Assembly (NCBI GenBank): GCA_035651955.1
Contig: DASRES010000015.1
Coordinates: forward strand, 70,208-134,207
Reading direction: 5' to 3'
Source of the DNA: Acidimicrobiia bacterium
GTDB taxonomy: Bacteria; Actinomycetota; Acidimicrobiia; IMCC26256; JAMXLJ01
DNA: 64,000 bases
The position numbers and the translations under genes are program-made. This document shows, piece after piece, positions 9,338 through 17,579 of the stretch. Under the pieces are notes generated by a model. The model searched no databases. It was not told the DNA's origin and worked only from the letters and a program-made list of their open reading frames with translations. Every line of letters begins with the position of its first letter. Position 1 is the stretch's first letter.

Positions 9338-9987
9338 GTCGCGTCCCCCACTCCGAGCCAGCGCAGGACCGCGAGCACGCGCCGGTTGTCGGTCGCGGTC
9401 GGCGCGAGGTCCAGCTTCGTGAAGATGCTGTTGACGTGCTTCTCGACCGCGCCCTCGCTGACGACGAGCTCGCGCGCGATCGCCGCGTTGCTGCGGCCCT
9501 CCGCCATGAGGCCGAGCACGTCGCGCTCGCGTGGCGTGAGCCCCTCGAGCGGATCCCGGCGCCGGCGGGCCATGAGCTGGCCGACGACCTCGGGATCGAG
9601 CGCGGTCCCGCCCGCGTTCACGCGCCGGACGGCCTCGACGAAGTCCGCGACGTCGGCGACGCGGTCCTTCAGCAGGTAGCCGACGCCGGCGCTCTCGCGT
9701 CCGAGGAGCTCGGCGGCGTACCGCTCCTCGACGTACTGCGAGAGCACGAGGATCCCGGTCTCGGGGTGGCGCTCGCGGATCGCGATCGCGGCCCGCAGCC
9801 CGTCGTCGGTCAGGTCCGGCGGCATACGGATATCGACGACGGCGAGGTCCGGATTGTGACGCTCCACGGCGTCGACGAGCGCGCCCGCGTCGCCCACCGC
9901 GGCGACGACCTCCTCGCCCGCGTCGGTCAGCAGGCGCGTCAGGCCCGCCCGCAGGAGCGCGGAGTCCTCGCCGATCACGATGCGCAC
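9334..9987 (-). CDS. NarL/LuxR-family two-component response regulator
   Basis: 217 aa. REC domain (LAVVDIRMPP) plus LuxR HTH (LTPRERDVLGLMAEGRSNAAIARELVVSEGAVEKHV). The GTG start overlaps the HK stop by 13 nt. Confidence 0.92.
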   Translation of the reverse strand: MRIVIGEDSALLRAGLTRLLTDAGEEVVAAVGDAGALVDAVERHNPDLAVVDIRMPPDLTDDGLRAAIAIRERHPETGILVLSQYVEERYAAELLGRESAGVGYLLKDRVADVADFVEAVRRVNAGGTALDPEVVGQLMARRRRDPLEGLTPRERDVLGLMAEGRSNAAIARELVVSEGAVEKHVNSIFTKLDLAPTATDNRRVLAVLRWLGVGDAT

Positions 9988-11234
9988 GGGAGCTCCACCA
10001 GGATCGTGGTCGGACCGCCGGCGGGGCTCATGACGCGCATCCAGCCTCCGAGTGCCTCGACCCGTCCCGCGAGGCCGCGCAGGCCCGTGCCCGCGCCGTC
10101 ATCGTCGGTCGCGCCGCCGACGCCGTCGTCGGTCACCTCGACGACGAGACGGTCACCGCGCCGCACGACCTCGACACGCGCGCGGGTCGCGCGCGCGTGG
10201 CGGTCGACGTTCGTCAACGCCTCGCTCACGACGAAGTACGCCGCGCTCTCGACCGCGGGCGAGGGGCGGTCGTCGACGTCGACGACGAGCTGCACCGGTA
10301 CCGACGCCCGGGCGACGACGGACGACAGCGCGGCGTCGAGCCCGCGCTCCGTCAGCACCGCGGGGTGGATGCCACGAACGAGCGCGCGGAGCTCGGTGAG
10401 CGCGCGCTTCGCCTCGTCGTGCGCCTCGCCGACGAGCTCGCGCGCGGCGTGCAGGTCGGAGTCGAGCTTCTCGCGCGCCATCCCGAGGTCCATCGCGAGC
10501 GCGACGAGCCGTTGCTGCGCGCCGTCGTGCAGATCGCGCTCGATCCGCGACCGTTCCGACTCCGCGGTGTCGACGGCCGCGGAGCGCTCGCGCTGCGCCT
10601 CGGCGAGCTCGGCCCGGAGCGCGTCGCGGCGACTCGGCCCGAGCAGCCGGCGCGCCGCGAGCGTGTCGAGCGCGGCATGTCCCCGCGTCGCCCAGGGCGC
10701 GACGACGAGGAGGCCGAGCGCGCCGACGGCCGCGGTGACCACCGACGCGAGACCCTGGCCGGCCGCGACGGGGCCGAAGTCGGCGACGCCGCGCGGCAGC
10801 GCGTCGACGTACGCGGGGAGCCCGAGCAACGCCGCGGAGCCGCACCACAGCGCGACGACGACCACGCCGACGACGCCCGACGGCAGCAGCACGAGCAGGT
10901 ACACGATCTCGCGCCAGCGGCTCGGCGTGCGGACGCGTTCCAGCAGGCGCCGCCACCACGACGGCGCGACGAGCGGTGGGTGCGGATCCGCGATCGCGAG
11001 GTCGAGCACCGCGGCCCGCCGGGCGCGCTCGACTCGTCCGAGTGCGCGCGCGGTGGCGAACAGCAGCCATGCGACCGGGATCGCGGCGGGCAGCACGACG
11101 AGCAGCGACGCGGACGTCGCGAGCAACGCGACCATGACCGCGAACGAGATCGTGCCGACGACGAGATCGAGCACGCCGTCGACGAGCGCCCACCACGTGC
11201 GCGACGTGCGCCAGGGGGCGAGGACGGCGCTCAT
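9975..11234 (-). CDS. Sensor histidine kinase (HisKA_3/NarX-LiaS type)
   Basis: Start set to ATG 11234 (MSAVLAPWRTS...). N-terminal TM helices, H-box ERSRIERDLHDGAQQRL, and ATPase G-box GTGLRGLAGRVEALGG. Confidence 0.9.
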   Translation of the reverse strand: MSAVLAPWRTSRTWWALVDGVLDLVVGTISFAVMVALLATSASLLVVLPAAIPVAWLLFATARALGRVERARRAAVLDLAIADPHPPLVAPSWWRRLLERVRTPSRWREIVYLLVLLPSGVVGVVVVALWCGSAALLGLPAYVDALPRGVADFGPVAAGQGLASVVTAAVGALGLLVVAPWATRGHAALDTLAARRLLGPSRRDALRAELAEAQRERSAAVDTAESERSRIERDLHDGAQQRLVALAMDLGMAREKLDSDLHAARELVGEAHDEAKRALTELRALVRGIHPAVLTERGLDAALSSVVARASVPVQLVVDVDDRPSPAVESAAYFVVSEALTNVDRHARATRARVEVVRRGDRLVVEVTDDGVGGATDDDGAGTGLRGLAGRVEALGGWMRVMSPAGGPTTILVELPCAS

Positions 11235-11361
11235 GGCGGTCACCCTACGGGAGGTCGTTCGCTCCGCCGATGGTGCGACCGGGCGTCTTCGAGGTGGGGA
11301 AAACCCGACGTGCGCGAGCGAGCCGACGTCGGCGCGTCGAACCCTGCGCGATCGTGTCGGC

Positions 11362-11778
11362 GTGGACGACGTCGACGACGAACCGACCGTGACGCTCGAG
11401 CGCTGGACGGGCCCGTGGCCCGACGACGACCCGGACGCCAACTTCAAGAGCGACGTCGCGCTCTACGCGAACGTCGACCCGCTTCGCACCATCCGGAACC
11501 TCGCGGGCAACGTGGGCGTGCCGACCGGGGCCGTCTGCCGGTACGTGCTCGCGCGGTGGGCCACCGAGGGCAGCGGCGGGTTGCTCGAGCTGGGCCCGCA
11601 CATGGTCGAACGTCTGTGGTCGGTGTTCGCCGACGCCGAGCGCGCGGGGACCGACGACGCCCGCCTCGCCGCGTACGCGCAGCTGCGCCAGATGGTCGCC
11701 TGGCTCCGGCTCCCGCTCCACGAGCGCGCGGGGTACGACGGCGGCGACGGTCCATCCGAGGACGGGGCCCGCACGTAG
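11362..11778 (+). CDS. Small conserved hypothetical protein with possible HTH ([21 protein letters not shown])
   Basis: C-terminal 138 codons of track ORF 9331..11778. Protein-like composition begins around the GTG at 11362. Divergent from the HK gene. The start is uncertain. Confidence 0.55.
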   Translation: MDDVDDEPTVTLERWTGPWPDDDPDANFKSDVALYANVDPLRTIRNLAGNVGVPTGAVCRYVLARWATEGSGGLLELGPHMVERLWSVFADAERAGTDDARLAAYAQLRQMVAWLRLPLHERAGYDGGDGPSEDGART

Positions 11779-11819
11779 GAAGAGGGACCGCGGCGGGTGT
11801 GGAGAGGGAGGGGTTCGAC

Positions 11820-12488
11820 GTGTCGGAGCGGGCAACGCGCGCGCTGGCGGCCGGGTGTGGCATCGCCGGCGTGGTCATGCTGACCGCGCACTTCCTGATC
11901 CCCGCGGGTGTGCCGCCCGACAGCGCGGGCCTCGTCCGGATCGCGGCGTTCGCTCGCGCACACGCGAACGCGATCCGTCTCTCGGCGTGGCTCCAGGCGA
12001 CCGGTGCGATCCTCTACGTGGTCTTCGTGCTCGCCGTCGTGCACCTTGCCGGCGCGGGCGAGCGGTTCGCGGGGCGGATCGTGGCGCTGGCCGGCGCGGT
12101 CCTCGTCGCGGTCGCGCTGCTCGACTCCGCGCTGATCGTCGCGACGGTGCAGGCCGCGGCGCACGGTCACGCCGAGACGCTCCGTGTGAGCTTCGATCTC
12201 GTCGGCGGTCCGGGCAACGACGCGATCGGCCGATCGTTCCTCCTCGCCCCGGCGATCCTCCTGCCGCTCGGGTTCGTGCTGCTGCAGACGCAGCTGCTGC
12301 CACGGGCGTACGGCGTGACCGCGCTCGCGTTCGGCGCGCTCAGCCAGGTGCTCGGGCTCGCGGGACTGTTCAGCGCCGTCGCGTTCGCGGACGTGAACCC
12401 CGTCGTCCTGGCGCTCGAGAACGTGTGGCTGATCGCGGTCGCGCTCGTCGTCGATCGGGCTCCGGAGCGCACGCTCTCGCCGGCGTGA
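11820..12488 (+). CDS. Integral membrane protein (DUF4386-like), function unknown
   Basis: C-terminal part of track ORF 10197..12488. GTG 11820 is preceded by GGAGAGGGAGGGG. About 6 TM helices. GTG 11799 is an alternative start. Confidence 0.6.
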   Translation: MSERATRALAAGCGIAGVVMLTAHFLIPAGVPPDSAGLVRIAAFARAHANAIRLSAWLQATGAILYVVFVLAVVHLAGAGERFAGRIVALAGAVLVAVALLDSALIVATVQAAAHGHAETLRVSFDLVGGPGNDAIGRSFLLAPAILLPLGFVLLQTQLLPRAYGVTALAFGALSQVLGLAGLFSAVAFADVNPVVLALENVWLIAVALVVDRAPERTLSPA

Positions 12489-12547
12489 GGCGAGCGGGAA
12501 CGTACCGTGGTCGCGAGGCGTTGCCCGCCGTGTCGAGAGGAGACGCC

Positions 12548-13195
12548 GTGTTCGGACGACACAAGACGCGCATGCCGACCGCCGACGAGGCGCTGCCCGG
12601 TCGTGACGAGACGATGCCGGTTCCCGAGCACCACGCCGTGAACGGCAGCTCGCTGCGCCCGCCGTTCCCCGACGGGACCGAGCAGGCCCTGTTCGCGATG
12701 GGCTGCTTCTGGGGTGCCGAGCGCAAGTTCTGGGAGACGCCCGGCGTGGTCGTCACCGCCGTCGGGTACGCGGGCGGGCTCACCCCGAACCCGACGTACG
12801 AGGAGGTGTGCAGCGGTCTCACCGGCCATGCCGAGGTCGTGCTCGTCGTGTTCGACCCCGCGCGCGTCTCCTACGAGGAGCTGCTGAAGGTCTTCTGGGA
12901 GTCGCACGACCCGACGCAGGGCATGCGCCAGGGCAACGACGTCGGCACGCAGTACCGCAGCGCCGTCTACACGTACGGCGAGATGCAGCGGAAGGCCGCC
13001 GAGGCGTCACGCGACGCGTACCAGAAGGTGCTGCACGACGCCGGCTACGGCGACATCACGACCTCGATCGAGGACGCACCCGCGTTCTACTACGCCGAGC
13101 CGTACCACCAGCAGTACCTGGCGAAGAACCCGTTCGGCTACTGCGGGCTGGGCGGAACGGGTGTGAGCTGCCCGACGGGCCTCACCGGCACGTAG
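12548..13195 (+). CDS. msrA: Peptide-methionine (S)-S-oxide reductase MsrA
   Basis: Contains [11 protein letters not shown] (active-site Cys), GYAGG and YHQQYL. GTG 12548 follows SD GAGAGGAG. Confidence 0.95.
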   Translation: MFGRHKTRMPTADEALPGRDETMPVPEHHAVNGSSLRPPFPDGTEQALFAMGCFWGAERKFWETPGVVVTAVGYAGGLTPNPTYEEVCSGLTGHAEVVLVVFDPARVSYEELLKVFWESHDPTQGMRQGNDVGTQYRSAVYTYGEMQRKAAEASRDAYQKVLHDAGYGDITTSIEDAPAFYYAEPYHQQYLAKNPFGYCGLGGTGVSCPTGLTGT

Positions 13196-13197
13196 TC

Positions 13198-14229
13198 CTG
13201 CGCGAACATCCTCGGACGGGAACCGAACACCACACGCGCCGCTCGCGACGCAGGACCGTTGTTCGGGTCCTGGTCTTCGCGGTCAGCGGGATCTCGCTCT
13301 ACGTCGTCCTGCCGGGCCTCATCGCGCTGTTCCACGACCTGCCGCGGCTGCGGTCGGTCTTCCCGCTGTGGTTTTTGCCGATCTTCCTGTTCGAGGCGGC
13401 CGCGTTCGTCTCGATGTGGGAGCTGATGCGCGTCGCGCTGGGCACGAAGGCGTGGTTCGACGTCGCGTGCGCGCAGCTCGCCGGGAACGCGCTGAGCCGC
13501 GCGCTTCCGGGCGGCGTAGCGACGGGCGGCGCCACGCAGCTCGGCATGCTCCGGCGGGCGGGGTTCGATCCGACGACGACCACGACCGCGCTCACCGCCG
13601 TCGGCCTGCTGTCGACCGCGACGCTGTTCGTCCTGCCGTTGCTCGCCGTGCCCGCGTTGCTGTTCGGCCTCGCGATCGACTCACGTCTCGTGCGGGGTGG
13701 GATCGTGGCCGCGATCGTCGCCGTGTTCCTGTTGTCCGGCGCGTCCGCGCTGCTGCTGTCCGACCGCGTCGTGCGCGGGTTCGGTCGCGCGATCGACTGG
13801 ACCGTCGCGAAGGTTCGTCGCCGTCGCGTCACCGCGCACTTCACGACGGAGATCCTCGAGGCGCGCGACTTCGTGCGGAGCTCGCTCGCCGACTCCTGGC
13901 AGCGCGCCGTTCCCGCCGCGTTCGGCAACCAGCTGTTCGACTACGGCGCGCTCACCATGAGCCTGTTCGCGGTCGGCGCGCGCGTCGACCCTGCGCCGGT
14001 GCTCCTCGCGTTCGTCGTCGCGAGCGTGCTCGCGATGATCCCGCTCACGCCGGGCGGGCTCGGGTTCGTCGAGGCGGGCCTGACGGGCACGCTCACCCTC
14101 GCGGGCGCGTCCGCCGCGCACGCCGTGCTCGCGACGCTGCTCTACCGCGTCTTCGCGTACTGGGTCCCGCTCCCGGCGGGTGCGCTGGCGTCGACGCTCT
14201 TCGCGCGACGACACGGGTCGAGCTCGTGA
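13198..14229 (+). CDS. UPF0104/flippase-like (lysyl-PG synthase TM-region family) membrane protein; start codon unresolved
   Basis: Multi-TM protein with IPLTPGGLGFVEAGL motif. There is no in-frame ATG/GTG/TTG between GTG 12808 (inside msrA) and TTG 13375. CTG 13198 lies 2 nt after the msrA TAG and is listed only as a provisional 5' limit. Confidence 0.65.
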   Translation: MREHPRTGTEHHTRRSRRRTVVRVLVFAVSGISLYVVLPGLIALFHDLPRLRSVFPLWFLPIFLFEAAAFVSMWELMRVALGTKAWFDVACAQLAGNALSRALPGGVATGGATQLGMLRRAGFDPTTTTTALTAVGLLSTATLFVLPLLAVPALLFGLAIDSRLVRGGIVAAIVAVFLLSGASALLLSDRVVRGFGRAIDWTVAKVRRRRVTAHFTTEILEARDFVRSSLADSWQRAVPAAFGNQLFDYGALTMSLFAVGARVDPAPVLLAFVVASVLAMIPLTPGGLGFVEAGLTGTLTLAGASAAHAVLATLLYRVFAYWVPLPAGALASTLFARRHGSSS

Positions 14230-14238
14230 ACGGACGCG

Positions 14239-14826
14239 TCACGCCGTGACGGCGACACTGCCGTCGGCACGGTGGCGGCGGTCCCTCGTCCATGCGACGA
14301 GCCCGGCGACGAGCTCGATCACGCCGAGGCACACCAGGACCGAGCCGAGCACGATCGCGCCGGCGTGGAGCGAGCGCGCCGGCTGGCCGACGAGGAAGAG
14401 ACCCGCGACCATCCCGAGGATGCCGACGGTCCCCGCACCACGCGGGTAGCGCGGTGGGTGCATCAGGCGTCCGACGACCGCGAACGCGCCCTGCGTGAGC
14501 ATCCACAACCCGAGCACGACCGCCACGACGAGGACGGTCTGGTGCGGCCACGCGAGCACCACCGCGCCTGCGACGACACCGAGCAGCCCGCGGGCGAACC
14601 GCAGCGCCCACCCGCGGTCGGGACGGTCGAGGAGCGCGCCGATCATGTCGAGGCACCCGAACCACAGCATCCCGGACCCGGCGAGGACGGCGAGCACGAC
14701 CCCGGTCGCGTGTGGCCACGCGATCAGGACCACACCGACGACGAGCAGACCGGCCCCGCCGACGATCGCGGCGCGCCACAGCGTGCGCGCCGAGACCGCG
14801 TCCGCGCCGGCGGGTCCGGCGCTCAC
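14239..14826 (-). CDS. HdeD/DUF308-like membrane protein
   Basis: About 6 TM helices with repeated G-rich helix motifs (WPHATGVVLAVLAG, LAWPHQTVLVVAVVLG). The ORF opens at 14883. GTG 14826 is preferred because it avoids overlap with the upstream small ORF. Confidence 0.65.
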   Translation of the reverse strand: MSAGPAGADAVSARTLWRAAIVGGAGLLVVGVVLIAWPHATGVVLAVLAGSGMLWFGCLDMIGALLDRPDRGWALRFARGLLGVVAGAVVLAWPHQTVLVVAVVLGLWMLTQGAFAVVGRLMHPPRYPRGAGTVGILGMVAGLFLVGQPARSLHAGAIVLGSVLVCLGVIELVAGLVAWTRDRRHRADGSVAVTA

Positions 14827-14851
14827 CGTTTGCCCGTCGGCGCGCCGGCGC

Positions 14852-15136
14852 TCACCGTTCGCCCGCCGGCGCCGGCCTCGCACGTCTCACGCCCGGCATC
14901 ATCGGCGCCTCACTGACCGCGTGCGTCACCCGATCCGGGTGATCGAGGTGCGCCGGACGTGCGACCGCGCGTCGGTGCCGCCGTTGCCGTCGACGGGCGA
15001 GCACGCGCTCGTGGCGCTGCATCGCCAGCCCAGTCGCGACGAGCACCAAGCCGACGAGACCGAGCAGGGCCCCGATCGCGAGCAGCGAGTGCGAGCTCAC
15101 CGGCGCATGGTGACCGCCCGCGGGGTGAGGAGGCAT
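14852..15136 (-). CDS. Possible small single-TM protein (94 aa)
   Basis: C-terminal tail of the artefactual 1042-aa ORF. ATG 15136 gives MPPHPAGGHHAPVSSHSLLAIGALLGLVGLVLVATGLAM followed by an Arg-rich tail. No homology recognised. Confidence 0.3.
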   Translation of the reverse strand: MPPHPAGGHHAPVSSHSLLAIGALLGLVGLVLVATGLAMQRHERVLARRRQRRHRRAVARPAHLDHPDRVTHAVSEAPMMPGVRRARPAPAGER

Positions 15137-15244
15137 CACCCGCGGGGGTGAAGCGTGCGAGCCGGCCGTCCGCCCGCGGCGGCGGTGCGCGTCTTCCTGC
15201 ACTACGTTTGCAACGACGCTTCGGTCACGCGAAGGGGGAGCGCG

Positions 15245-16399
15245 ATGCCCTACGCCGAAGGCCGCGTGTTCTACGACGCCGACAGCCACCTGATGGAGAC
15301 GTCGGACTGGCTCGTCGCCCACGCCGATCCCGACGTCCGGGATCGGATACGTCCGTTGCAGCTCGCGGGGGCGGGGGCGAATGCCGACGAGGCCGTCGCG
15401 GACGCGGACGCGCGCGCGCACGACGCCGGCGCCGACGCGCTTCCGAGCCCGACCGAGGTGATGGGCCCGAAGGGTTGGGCCGCGTACGGCGCAACCGACC
15501 CTGCCGAACGAAGTCGCGCGCTCGACGTCCTCGGCTTCGAACGTCAGCTCGTGTTCTCGACGTTCGCGGCCACGCAGTTCCTCGGGCGCGACGTCGAGCT
15601 GCTCTACGGCGGGACGCGCGCGCACAATCGGGCCATGGCCGCGTTCTGCGCGGACGACGCGCGAATGCTGCCGGTCGCGTTCGTGCCGCTCGACGTGCCC
15701 GAGCTCGCTGAGCGCGCCGTCGACGAAGCGCTCGCACTCGACGCCGCCGCGATCCTCGTCCCGTCCGTCCCGCCGCCCGACCGTTCCCCCACGCACCCCG
15801 ACTACGACGGTGTGTGGGCGCGCCTCGCCGACGCGGACGTGCCGTTCGTGCTGCACGTCGGCGGCGGCGGACGGCTCGTGCGTCCCGCGTTCCACGTGAA
15901 CGGGAAGCCGCCGACGACCGACTTCCTCGGCGGGGGCGAGAACATCCGCTCGAAGGACTTCATGGCGATCCACGCCGCGCCCGAGATGTTCCTGTCCGTC
16001 ATGGTGCTCGACGGCGTGCTCGACCGGTTCCCGAACCTGCGCGGCGGGTGCATCGAGCAGGGCGCGATGTGGGTCGTGCCGTGGCTGCGGCGTCTCGACA
16101 TCGCGCAGACGACGTTCGCGCGCACGGAGCCCGCGTTGAAGCTCCCGCTGCGCGCGTCCGAGTACGTGCACCGCCAGCTCCGCTTCACACCGTTCCCGAC
16201 CGAGCCCGTCGGCTGGATGATCGAGCAGGCCGGCGACGACCTGTTCCTGTTCTCGTCCGACTTCCCGCACCCGGAGGGCGGGCACGACCCGCTCGCGCGG
16301 TTCGAGGCGTCGATGGCCGACGTCGACGAGACCGCGCGCGAACGCTTCTACTCCCGCAACTTCGCCGAGCTGATGGGGACGAGCTCGTCGCGGTCGTAG
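15245..16399 (+). CDS. Amidohydrolase-family (amidohydrolase_2/ACMSD-like) metal hydrolase
   Basis: ATG 15245 follows SD GAAGGGGGAG. Motifs: FYDADSHLME, FVLHVGGG, SSDFPHPEG. Confidence 0.8.
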   Translation: MPYAEGRVFYDADSHLMETSDWLVAHADPDVRDRIRPLQLAGAGANADEAVADADARAHDAGADALPSPTEVMGPKGWAAYGATDPAERSRALDVLGFERQLVFSTFAATQFLGRDVELLYGGTRAHNRAMAAFCADDARMLPVAFVPLDVPELAERAVDEALALDAAAILVPSVPPPDRSPTHPDYDGVWARLADADVPFVLHVGGGGRLVRPAFHVNGKPPTTDFLGGGENIRSKDFMAIHAAPEMFLSVMVLDGVLDRFPNLRGGCIEQGAMWVVPWLRRLDIAQTTFARTEPALKLPLRASEYVHRQLRFTPFPTEPVGWMIEQAGDDLFLFSSDFPHPEGGHDPLARFEASMADVDETARERFYSRNFAELMGTSSSRS

Positions 16400-17493
16400 A
16401 CGACGACCGTGCGCGCCGCGACATCGTGGAGCGCGCGTCGTGAGCGGCCACCGACGACACCGACGAAGCCCAGGCCGAACACGAAGCTGAACGGGAACAC
16501 GAGCGCGCGCACGAACGCCCTGCCGCCTCCGACCGCGCCGCCCTCGCGGCGCACGACGCGCAGTCCGAGGAGGGCCTTGCCCGGCGTGCGGCCCGTCGCA
16601 GCCGTCGACAGCCAGAAGTACGCGAACGTGAACACTCCCGCGACGATCGCCCACCAGTCGCTCCCACCCTGGGTCGGGTGAATGTCGGGCGACACGAAGA
16701 GGTCGGCCAGGTACGTGAACAGCGCGAACCCGGCCGCGAGCATCCCCGAGACGAGGAACGTGTCGACGACGTAGGCGAGGAGGCGCGTGAACGCGCCGGC
16801 GGGAGAGCCGACCGGTTCGCCGGGCACCGTCCGCGTCGTCGGGGGTCGCCGCCGGAGGACGCGCCTGACGAACGAGGCGAGGAGGATGTCGAGGCGGGCG
16901 AGCTGACGCCGCACGAGGTCGAGCGCGGAGCTCGTCATCGTCGTCGCGGTGGTCGTCGCGACGCGCGCGACGTTGACCCGCTCGACGATCCGCGCGACGT
17001 CGACCCGGTCGAGGACCTGGTCGATGTCGACGCGGTCGACGATCCTCCCGATGTCGACCCGGTCGACGATCCGATCGATGTCGACCCGGTCGACGATCTT
17101 GCCGACGTCGACGCGCTGGACGATGCGATCGATGTCGACGCGGTCGACGACGCGATCGATGTCGACCCGGTCGACGACCTTCCCGATGTCGACCCGCCGG
17201 ACGATGCGATCGATGTCGACGCGGTCGACGATCCCGGCGACGTCGATGCGTCGCAGGACGACGTCCAGGTCGACGCGTGCGAGCATCCGGTCGACGTCGA
17301 CGCGGTCGAGGAGCGTGTTCGGATCGATCCGGGCGAGGACGCGGTCCAGGTCGACGCTCGCGAGGAGCTCGTCGAGGTCGATCCGCTCGAGCACCGCGTC
17401 GACGTCGACGGCGTTGATCATCGGGTCGAGGATCGAGCCGACGATCCGGGTGACGCCGTTCGGCTTCCTGTCCGTCGGTCGTGACGCGCTCAT
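16348..17493 (-). CDS. RDD-family membrane protein with N-terminal array of 17 nonapeptide repeats
   Basis: ATG 17493 follows SD GGAGG. The C-terminal RDD domain has RLLAYVVDTFLV, GRTPGKALLGLRVV and LHDVAARTVVV. The N-terminal 153 aa consist of VD(I/V)(D/G)R(I/V)VDR units. Confidence 0.85.
   Translation of the reverse strand: MSASRPTDRKPNGVTRIVGSILDPMINAVDVDAVLERIDLDELLASVDLDRVLARIDPNTLLDRVDVDRMLARVDLDVVLRRIDVAGIVDRVDIDRIVRRVDIGKVVDRVDIDRVVDRVDIDRIVQRVDVGKIVDRVDIDRIVDRVDIGRIVDRVDIDQVLDRVDVARIVERVNVARVATTTATTMTSSALDLVRRQLARLDILLASFVRRVLRRRPPTTRTVPGEPVGSPAGAFTRLLAYVVDTFLVSGMLAAGFALFTYLADLFVSPDIHPTQGGSDWWAIVAGVFTFAYFWLSTAATGRTPGKALLGLRVVRREGGAVGGGRAFVRALVFPFSFVFGLGFVGVVGGRSRRALHDVAARTVVVYDRDELVPISSAKLRE
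16951..17409 (-). repeat. In-frame 27-bp tandem repeat, 17 units (coding)
   Basis: Example DNA unit on the + strand: GATGTCGACCCGGTCGACGATCCGATC. The protein units run from VDVDAVLER through VDIDRIVDR to VNVARVATT. Confidence 0.9.
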
Positions 17494-17579
17494 GGCACCT
17501 CCGCGTCCGTCTCGGGGCGTCGGCGGCCGCGCGCGCAGCGTAGGGCGGCGCGCCAACAGCGTCAGCCGGGCGGCCCGAA

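Noticed and set aside
11233-11361. ATG 11233 as the start of the plus-strand small ORF. It is in frame and would overlap the kinase ATG as CATG.
   Set aside because: It would leave no intergenic space for either divergent promoter. The added 43 residues (MAVTLREVVRSADGATGRLRGGENPTCASEPTSARRTLRDRVG) look non-protein-like.
16951-17409. Regular 27-bp repeats that could suggest a CRISPR array or minisatellite.
   Set aside because: The units are contiguous with no spacers. They are in frame within a gene that has an SD, a start codon and a C-terminal RDD domain, and they encode a coherent nonapeptide motif. This is a coding tandem repeat, not a CRISPR array.
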